Both the position numbers and the translations under genes were made by a program. The notes beneath the pieces are model-generated. The model did not search any database. It was not told where the DNA came from and saw only the letters and a list, made by a program, of their open reading frames with translations. From Paragordius varius (taxonomy: Eukaryota > Animalia > Nematomorpha), in NCBI GenBank assembly GCA_964247055.1, contig OZ176058.1, positions 1,984,001 through 2,048,000 on the forward strand: 64,000 bases of DNA. Direction: 5' to 3'. Shown here piece by piece: positions 28,501 to 39,707 of the stretch (position 1 is the first letter of the stretch; the number at the start of each line of letters is the position of its first letter).

Positions 28501-31500
28501 CCTTTATCGTTATCATACGGATTTTAACAACTGTTATTACAAAACATAACCAATTTACCATTACATACTAAAAGTTGTTTTGTTAATATACAGTAGCATA
28601 TGGCATAAAATATATTGTCCATAAAAGAATAATGTTTTTTTAAAAAAACAAGAGTATAGATATGTATATATACCATTTACAGTTCAAATTCACCCTTAAA
28701 CAATCAAATTCACCCTTGAACAATTCAAATTCACCCTTGAACAATTCAAATTCACCCTTGAACAATTCAAATTCACCTTCGAACAATTCAAATTCACCCT
28801 AAAATAAATTGTGTTTTTTAAGATTATATATAAAAAAAAATTTTGTATGTAATCAAAATAATACTGAAAAAATAATAAACTTTGCCATAAAAATATATTT
28901 GATTTTAATGATGAGTTATATTAGACCGAAGTTTCGTAATTTATTTTTAGGGTGAATTTGAATTGTTCAAGGGTGAATTTGAATTGTTTAAGTGTGAATT
29001 TGAACTGTAAATGGTATATAAAAAAGCTTGTGTTTTTAAAAAAACATTTTTTTATTCTTTCTTTTATGGACTAATAATGATTTAAGTCATACGCTACTGT
29101 ACACCGGGTATGTTCTTTAAAACGTTAATGTTGATATTACAATCAAGAAATTTTATCACTTAACAACACAATTTAGATCAAAAATAAGTTAATTTATTCT
29201 AATTTTACATCTGTATGATGACATTTATCATGTAAAATAATTAATAAAACAAAATATTAACAAATTAGTTTATTGATATCCATCGATATCTAGCGAGCTT
29301 TACAAAACTCAAAATATAATATTCTGCAACATAATAAACTTACACAATGCTATATTATTTAATATAGGTCCCCTGCTTTTTCCAAAGCAATTTCTTAAAC
29401 GAAAAACTTATGAGAATGTTGATAATGAGTCAATATTAAAAATTTGCAATCTTTGGCTTTTTAGGTGCATTATAGAAATTTATATTTTTTTGAAAAAATT
29501 TAAATATACCATTTACAGTTTAAATTCACCCTTAAACAATTCAAATTCACCCTTGAACAATTCAAATTCACCCTCGAACAATTCAAATTCACCCTAAAAT
29601 AAATTATGTTTTTAAAATTATATATTACCTATACTTTTTTATATTTTAAAAAAAGAAATTGTAGGTAATCAAAATAATACTGAAAAAATTATAAACCTTT
29701 CCATAAAAATATATTTTATTTTAATAATGAGTTATATTAGACCGAAATTTCATAATTTATTTTTAGGGTGAATTTGAATTGTTCGAGGGTGAATTTGAAT
29801 TGTTCAAGGGTGAATTTGAATTGTTTAAGGATGAATTTAAATGATATATAAATGAAAAAATGGTCAGTTAAAAACTTAAAAAATCACACCTTTATTTGAA
29901 TCACTGGCATATCAATCACAAAATCATCTGTGATTGAAAATATTTGATTGGTTTCAGTCACGTTGGCTATGCAGGTCACGTGCATATTGCAGCCATCTTT
30001 AATGGCTTCCATATAATCCTCCAATTTTGCCAACAAATAAAGTTTTTTTGCTAAAAAAGTAAATTAATTTTTGAAAATATATTTTAAAATTTGTTTCAAC
30101 TTTTTTAAATCTAAATAATTTTTTAGAATACACTAAATATATTACAGTAAAAATTTATGAAATGTTTTATATTTAAACTAATTATTTAATGCACGAATAA
30201 CCCAATTTATTCATTTTCAATTTTTAAGATATAGAATTATTCGATTGTATTAAACTTCATGTTAAAAATGTGTTCACTAAAAAATAAATTCTTAAACTTT
30301 GATTTCTAAAAATCAGTTTTATATATAGATACTTTTATGTAAGATATCTCCTTTAATGTAACATTTATATATTAGATAAAATCATAAAAATTATAAGCAT
30401 TAAAAACCTAAAGTTTTTTTATACTTTGTAAAAAAGCTTTAAATTTTTTTTGAATTTTTGGCTTAGATATCTCCTTTATGTGCACAATTTAATTTTTAAT
30501 AGAAGATAAGATTGCCCCTAAAATTCCCAAGATAATTGGGGTATAATAAGTATCGAAGTTTAAATAAATTCATTTATTTTTTCCATTTTTTTGAAACCCA
30601 AAAAATTATCAAACATTAAAATTATAAAACTTTTAAAGTTTTAAAACTTTTGAATAAAATTATTTTTTATTACTTTATTTTGGTTTAAAGATATCTCCTT
30701 TAATGTAAAGTGGTGATTTTATTTTTTCGTGCAGAACGCCTGCATAAAAAATGAATCCAATTACAAAAAAAATAGATTTGGATAGTTTAAATTTTAAACA
30801 ATTGTTGATTTTAAAATCATATTTAAAAACCAAAAACTTTTTCGTAAATAATTTCTTTGAAAATAACCTATTAGGTTGGAGAACATTCCATATGCTATTT
30901 TTAAAGCAAATTTTTAGCATTTAATAGTTTTTTTTATAATTTTTACATTTTTTAAAGACGTTTTTTCCTAACATAAACTGAAAAGGGACAATGAGATATA
31001 ATTTTTTGAAATTTTAGTATTATCTATCTTGTTAATAAAAAACTAGATAAAGTTTTTGGCTAATTTGAACTTTTTAAGTTTATTACAAATTTTTTAATTT
31101 ATCTTCAAACTTTCTTTGGGTTGGAGGGTATCTCCTTCAATGTGATGCGATTTAATCTTTTAATTAAAGCAGATTTTTTATCATGTGTATATAATTATCT
31201 ATAGTAAGATTATTTAACTAAACAGTTTTACATCCTTAAAATTTTATATTCTTCTTATATCATTGTAATTACCAAAATTTTCAACTTAAACGCAACATTT
31301 CGAAAATTTTTAAATATTTTAGATTTTTAAAAACTTTTTTTTAAATACAATTTTCAAACTTTCTTTGGGTTGGAGGGTATCTCCTTCAATGTGATGCGAT
31401 TTGATTTTTTGATTAGAGTAGATTTTTTATTATGTATTTAAAATTTATAACCTTAATATTTTCATATTAAAATAATCGCCAAAATTATCAAGCATATATA

Positions 31501-32224
31501 TATTAAACTCAACATTTCGAAAATTTTAGAAAACTTTAAAAGTAACAATACTTTTTAATAACTTTTTTTTAAATTCAAAAATTTCAAACTTTCTTTGGGT
31601 TGGAGGGTATCTCCTTCAATGTGATGCGATTTGATTTTTTCATGAAGTACGCCTGTATAAAAGATTGCATATAGGTGTAACGTTGCAGTTATTGTACGCA
31701 CATCAGAGCTTTTATTAGTTATAGTTAGGGTGATTGAAATATCTTCACCAAGGGGTACCTTTTTAAATTTAATAATTTTATAAATATATTGAAAATATGT
31801 GATATTTAATTTATATAAGTTTCAGGAAATATGTGAAAAATATTTTTTTAAAAGTTTATTCCCTTTACAGCAGGGGTGTTTAACATAAATGGTATAATAT
31901 TAAAAAGATAATATATCATATATAAATATGTACAAAATGGAAAAATAAAATAACTTTCTTTTATCTGGGTATTGCGAATAGGGTGGGCGCGTGGGATTTT
32001 AACAAAAATTTATTATTTTATTTCAAAAAAATGGGTATTTAAAAAGTTTTTTAAATAATCCATAAAAAAATATTCAAAAAATTTAAAAATTACTTATGTT
32101 AAATCTTGTTATTCAAAAGGATATCCGATTTGATGCGTGAAAATAATTCAAGCAAATTAAACAAAAACCGTTATATAGTATTTTTAGTGTTTGTTAAAAT
32201 AATTTCAATTTTCACTTTAATTTT

Positions 32225-32263
<39 letters not shown>

Positions 32264-35200
32264 TTCACTTTTTATTTTTATAAAATCATATACAGAGGCG
32301 TAGCTAGAAAGGGGCGCTTTAACAAAAAAATATTATTATTTTGTTTTTCAAAAAAAGTGGTATTTAAAAAAGTTATTATTTTAAATAATATTAAAAAAAT
32401 CACACATTTATGAGTGATCATTCATGTCTACGGTTTAATTTTGAATTTTTTACAATTCAAGGCATAGAAGAGGGGTGCCAGAAATGCAAACTATGCCTTT
32501 ATAGGGTGAACTTTTTAGAAAATTTTGTTGCATATAAAATATCAATTTTACAGAGATTTTGTGGGCATATGGCATATTTTTAAAAAAAAATTACAATAAA
32601 AATTTATACGGACAAATCTTGATAATATAAGGACAAATATTTTGTAAAAAAAGACAACTATACTTTTTAATAATTATTTCATATAATTATTAAATTACAA
32701 AGTATAATATCAAAAGGTCAATTGGTAACACAAACAATTATCTATTTTACGATTGGATTCAAATGTTTTTTAAAGAAATAAATTAAGGCTTAAAAAAGTA
32801 TGAGGTTGTGTTTTGAAAAAAAATTGTCTTTATATTTTTACATTTTGTCCGTATAATTTTATTTTTTACTGTATTTCTAATTTTTTCGCGGGCTTCATGT
32901 TGTTTTTAATAATTAATATGATGGGTTTTCCTATAAGAATAATGTTTATTAACGTAAAAATCATTCTATAAGAATGTTAGTCTTACTCTATAATTTTAGT
33001 TTTTTCTATGATATATCAAAAGTAAAAGTTTTTAATTAAAATTATTATATAAAAAACAATAAATAAGGTCAAAAAATGGGTTTCTACATATAGTTATGTA
33101 AAAAATATTAAACTTTTACTTTTTATTTTGTCTCTTGATAATTTTTTACCTAAAAACAATCAAAACAAGTAATTCAAATTGGGTATCCTTATTCTTGGAA
33201 CCGTATATAAAAAATCGATCAAAAATTATACAAATATCGTTTTTTACACAATATTTTTAGCTATTGTTACAAAAATTTTAATTTATACTGTAATTTTTGT
33301 TTTTAAATCTATATATATGTATATATATATATAAAAATGTTATTTGACTTTTTTACTCAAATATTGAAAAAAATACTGATGTTAGATCTTGCAATTCAAA
33401 TTGGATATCCTTATTCTAGAAACCGTAAATAAAAAATGAATCAAAAATTATACAATATCGTTTTTATACAGTATTTTCATCATTTCATAAAATAATTATT
33501 TTTACTGTGTATTTGTTTTTAAATATATAAAATGTTATTTGACATTTTTTTATAATTTACTCAAAAATTGAAAAAAACTACTGAGGTCAAATCTTGCAAT
33601 TCAAATTGGATATCCTTCTTGGAACCGTATTAAAAATCAATCGAAAAAATTATAAAATATCGTTTTGTATACAGTTTAGTTTATGTTTATATAACCTTAA
33701 CTTTTGTTTTTAAATAAATATATATAAAATGTTATTTGACTTTATATAATTTTTATTGTTAATTTAAAATTACTGAGGTTAAATCTAGCAATTCAAATTG
33801 GATATCCTTGTTTTTTGAACCATATCCCGTTAAATTAATCAAAAATTATACATATATCGTTTTTCATACAATAATTTTAGCTTTATGTTAAAATAATTTC
33901 AATTTTAGCTATTATATCTGTTTTTAAATGTAGAAAAAAGTTATTTGTCTTTTTTATTTTTGTAATTTCATCTAAATTTAAGAAATTACTAAATCTTGTT
34001 ATTCAAAACGGATATTTTTACATTTAAACCATATTGAAAAATTAATCAAGTAAAAATTATACAAATATCGTTTTTACTGTATTTTTAGCTTTTGTTAAAA
34101 TAATTTTAGTTTTTACTGTAATTTTTATTTTTAAATATATATATAAATGTTATTTGACTTTTTTTAGTAATCTATACCCAAAAATTGAAAAAATAGAGGT
34201 TAGTTGCAATTCAAATTGGATATCTTTATTCTTGAATTGTATTAAAAATCAATCGAAAATCAAACAATTATCATTTAAACAGTATAAACTTTTCTTAAAA
34301 TAATTTCAATTTTGGCTCTAATTTTTGTTTTTAAATATTAAAAAAAAATGTTTTTAGACTTTTTTAGAAAAAATTACTGATGTTAGATCTTGTAATTCAA
34401 ATTGGATATCCTTGTTTTTCGAACCGTAACCCGTTAAATTAAGAACAGGTGAATTTGCGACATTTAGCGCTTTAAGGACTGAAGCTTTATTTTCTGCGGT
34501 TTCTATGGGTTTGCAAAAGTTATTAAATTGAAAATTTGTTACAAAAGCAAATATATGTTTCTAAAAATTAAAATATATTATTGTATTATTAAATTTGATT
34601 AGATTTATCTGATATTAGCAAGCTTAAAAATTTTTAAATGTAATTATAGCTACCGTTTAATTTATCTATGATATGTAATGTATATTATATTTAATTTCAG
34701 ATATAATATTTGTTGAAAACGATTATTTTAAGAATCTTACTTTTTTCAAATAGTAATTTAATAGACACCAAAAAAGGTATATATATATATAATATACAGT
34801 ATAAATCAAAATTATACGGACAAAACTTAAAAATACAGAGACAAATATTTTTATCTAAAAGACAACCATACTTTTTTTAAACTTTAATTTTTCCTACATA
34901 AACTACTTGATTACATTTTTGAATGATTAATTGAGTGCATCAATAATTTACATATCTAATCTCTATTTTGCAACTCAAAACTAGAATTAATATATGAATA
35001 GTTTAAGTTTAAAAAATTATGGTTGTCTTTTGGAAAAAAATATTTTTTATATTTTAACGTTTTGTCCGTATAATTTCAATTTTACTGTGTATTATATCTA
35101 GCAGCCAATAGTTTCGCATTAAATACTTTTTAAGATTTATTTTCTGAATATTTCTTTCTAAATATTTGAGCAAATTTTGAAAATAAAATTCTAGGTTTTG

Positions 35201-38200
35201 AAAAATTTATTTAAAATAAAAAAATAGTTTTGGAAAAAAAGGATTTAACTTTCAGGAGCTTTGTAATGTTCAGTAATATCTAATCTGTCATCATCAAGAT
35301 TAGAGGTTGAATTCGGTTTAGTACAACTTATACATTGGCCCACACTATTAAATAATTTATAAAAATTTTAATAAATATCATCAAAAATTTAAAAATATAT
35401 TAAAAATTAATATAATAAAAGCATAAATATATTATTTTAACAAACATAACTAATCAATTTATATAAAATTATAATTTAATATTATATTAAAAAATTAATT
35501 TTTTAAAGTAAATAACATAAAATATTCAACGATTAAGCAATATACTACTATTCAATAAATATTAGAATAAATACAATTTTAAACAAATTATGATAATCTA
35601 AACATATATATATATATATATATATATATAACCCAAAAATATCTATATATAACTTTTTCAACACTTTAGATTTATATCCCAGAGCTATTTAAAATTCGAT
35701 TTTAAAAAGTATTTAACACTTGGATACAACACATTCATTTTAGTCCTTCGGCTCAAATCGGGGTAGTTAAATACCCCAAGCCTAGAATAAATACAATTTT
35801 AAACAAATTATGATAATCTAAACATATATATATATATATATATATATATAACCCAAAAATATCTATATATAACTATCTTAAAACTTTGAAAATCTCAAAT
35901 TTAAATTAATTTCAAAGATAAAAATCAAAAATTAATTATTTACTGATTTTCATCTTTTCCTTGGAAAAGAGAATACTTCGTTCTCAATTTAACAAAACAA
36001 AAATTAACTTTTCAAAACCAAAAAAGTTGTAAAATATATTTACTCATCTCAAAAATAAAATTTAATTCCAATATATTTCGGAAATATCTCAAAAATTTTT
36101 AAAAATTTTAAAATTAATACAATATCAAATATTAATTATAAAAATTAACTTTTTACCACTAAAAAAGTTAATATATTTACTCATTTCCAAAAATTTAATT
36201 CCAATATATTTGAGAAATATCTCAAAAATTTTAAAATTAATTCAAAATCAAATATAAATAACTGATTTTCATCTTTTCCTAAGAATAGGGGTTCCTTCGT
36301 TTCCGATTTGATATAACAAAAATTTTAAAATCAAAAAAGTTTAAAAATATATATTCTAAATTTCAAAAATAAAATTTAATTCCAATATATTTCGGGAATA
36401 TCTCAGAAAATTTCAAAATTTAAATTAATTCAAAATCAAAATATAAAATGTAACTGATTTTCATCTTTTCCTAGGAATAAGGGTTACTTCGTTCCCGATT
36501 TGACAAAACAAAAATTAATTTTTCAAACCAAAAAGTTTAAAATATACATTTTAAATTTCGAAAATCAAATTTATTCCAATATATTTGAGAAATATCTCAA
36601 AAATTTTCAAAATTAATTCAAAATCAAATATTAATTATAAAAATTAACTCTCTACAACCAAAAAAGTTTAAAAATATACATTCTAAATTTCAAAAAAAAA
36701 ATTTAATTTCAATATATTTAGTAAATATCTCAAAAAATTTTAAAACCAAATATAAAATATAACTGATTTTCATCTTTTCCTAGGAATAGGGGTTCCTTCG
36801 TTTCCGATTTGATATAACAAAAATTTTAAAATCAAAAAAGTTTAAAAATATATTTTCTCTAAAAAATCAAATTTAAATCCAATATATTTCGGAAATAAAT
36901 ATAAATTTATTTTAAAGATAAAAACTCAAATTAAAAACTAATTTTTTGTCCTAGAAAAAGGGAATACTTCGTTCCCGATTTGACAAAACAAAAATTAACT
37001 CTCTACAACCAAAAAATTTTAAAAATATACATTCTAATTCTCAAAAATAAAATTTAATTCCAATATATTTCGGAAATATCTTAAAAAACTCAAAAATTTT
37101 CAAATTTAATATAAAATCAAATATAAAATATAACTGATTTTCATCTTTTCCTAGGAAGAGGGGTTCCTTTGTTCCCGATTTGACCATCCACTCCAAGTAA
37201 TCGGCATTAACTTCAGCAAACACAAAAGCTGTATCATATTGGAGACCTACTTCACCATTCCGAATAGCTGTAACTGACACTGGGCCACATCGAAATAAAT
37301 CTGTGAGGAAATTTTGACAATAAAAATAAAAATAAAAAGTTAAAGATTAAAAAAAATGAATTTCTATAATAGTTTATTTTTCAGATGTTTTATGAAATTG
37401 AAATGAATAAAGACAGAATTATACTTATACAGAAATCTCCATAATTTTTGCTCTTTTTTATATATAATATCGTTTTAGGTTTCAAAATAGGGAATTATAA
37501 GATAGGTAAAAATATAAGCAAACATGGTTTTTTTTTACAAAATATTATTTCAAATATAAATTTTATAATTTTGTCATATTGTTAACCTACTTCACCATTT
37601 CTTATAGCAGTAACTGAAACTGGGCCACATCGAAATAAATCTGAGAGGAAATTTTTAATAAAGTTAAAAATAGATTTAAAGAATCTTTATAATAGTTTAT
37701 TTTCTTAGAAAGATGTTTCATGAAATTGAGTATAAATGAATAAAGATAGAATTTTACAGAGTTGTGAAAAATTATAATTTTATCATATTGTTAACCTACT
37801 TCACAATATCGAATAGTAGTTATAGAAACTGGGCCACATCTAAATAGGTCTGTGAGGAATATTTGACAATAGAAAGTTAAAAATTTAAAAAATTAAAAGA
37901 ATTATTTTTATAATAATTTATATTTTTAGAAATGGTCAACAGTTAGTCAACTACGAAAATATCCATAACTTTTTGATCTTTTTTATATATATCCTATAGT
38001 TTTAAGTTTCAAAATAGGGAATTGTAAGATAGGTTAAAATATAAGCAACCATGGTTTTATTTCAAACATTAATCCAACTATAATTTTTATTTAATAATTC
38101 ATAATTTCAAATAGCAATTACATAATCTGGCCCACATAATAAATCTGACAAAAATAAAATTTTAGATTATATGCAAAATTTTAAAGAGTTTTTCTTGAAG

Positions 38201-39666
38201 AGGATAGTTTTTCGATATTTCCCTTCTTATGAGCTTATAATTTTATTATTTTGTCATGTAAACTTATTTTACCATCGTTTAGTAATTGACTGTGCCACAT
38301 CTAAATAAATTTAAGACAAAAAAGTTAGGGATTAGTAAGAATTATTTGAAAAATTTGAATAGGACATATTTTTCTAATAGCAATGATAAAAATTAGGCAC
38401 CAAATTAATAAATCTATGTTTGTGGAAAGTTTAAATTATATTAAAGGGTTAGATTGAATATTTGTATTTTTGCTTTGATATTTAAACACTTCATTACCTT
38501 TTGAATTCTTTTAGTAAAAATTGACGTCGAAAAACGTTTGATATAATGATTTATATATATACTTTTTTTTAAAATTATGCACAAAAAGCCAAAAAATGCC
38601 TTTAATTTGTCCCAATCTTAATACTTTTTAAGCTATATTCGAAATTTAAATTCGCTCTGGGGTAGAAAACTACCCCATAATAAAATTTTAAAGCTATTTT
38701 TTGTGAAAAAGTGAACAAAAATAGAAATTGGTAACGCACTCAATCATAAATTAAGGAATGATTTGATCTTAATTTTAATTTTTATATTGTTAACCTACTT
38801 TCCCAATATGATCTATACAATAAAAATTTACGGACAAAACGCAGAAAAAGACAACCATATTTCCTCAAACCTTAATTTTTCTTCTATAAGCTATTTAATT
38901 ACGATTGTAAAATATAAAATATATTAGTAATAAATATCTCTATTTTCTTTGCACTATTTAATAATAAGTTATATTCCAAAGAATCAAGAAAAAAGTATTG
39001 TTGTTTTTTAGAATTAAATGTTTGTCTTTATTTACGTTTTGTCGGTATAATTTCAATTTTTACTGTAAATTATATTTTTACACAATCCATATTGGGCTTT
39101 TTAATATCGGGAATTTTTCTTAGAATTTATTGTTGGTTTTTTTATTCTATAAAATATTAGACTGAGGACTAAATTTAATTATATTGAAATTTTTTCAGGA
39201 ATTTCAGAAAGTAGGTTAAGTCTTGTTTTTTAAATGAAATTATAATAAATTTGGTAATTTTTAGATGTTAAATTAAAGCTTTATTAAGACACTTAATAGC
39301 TTTAAATTAAACATAGTTACATCTAAAAACATCTTAATAATTTATATAAATAAAGTAAAATTAAAATATAAATTTAAATAAATTATAAATTTTATAGAAT
39401 AAATCTAAAAAAACTTTACCTAGGGTCGGATGGATTAAAGTATAGCATAATAAAACTGATAAAGACAAAATCTTTAAAAATAACTCTTATAAACATACAT
39501 TGTGAAAAATAAATTTCTCTATCATGTATCTTATATTTGATTTATCTTATATTTTGAAGAGAAAAAAATAAAAATAATTAGATAGATTTACTTTAATAAT
39601 AATTATTAGTATTTATATTACAGTATATCTGTACTTCAGAGTGATGATAGAAAAGAACAAAATTTG

Positions 39667-39707
<41 letters not shown>

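Noticed and set aside
30675-30920. 81-aa ORF as a real transglutaminase exon
   Set aside because: Only its last 25 or so codons resemble exon 14, it has TAA before the donor, and no suitable acceptor gives a full exon. Treated as a decayed copy.
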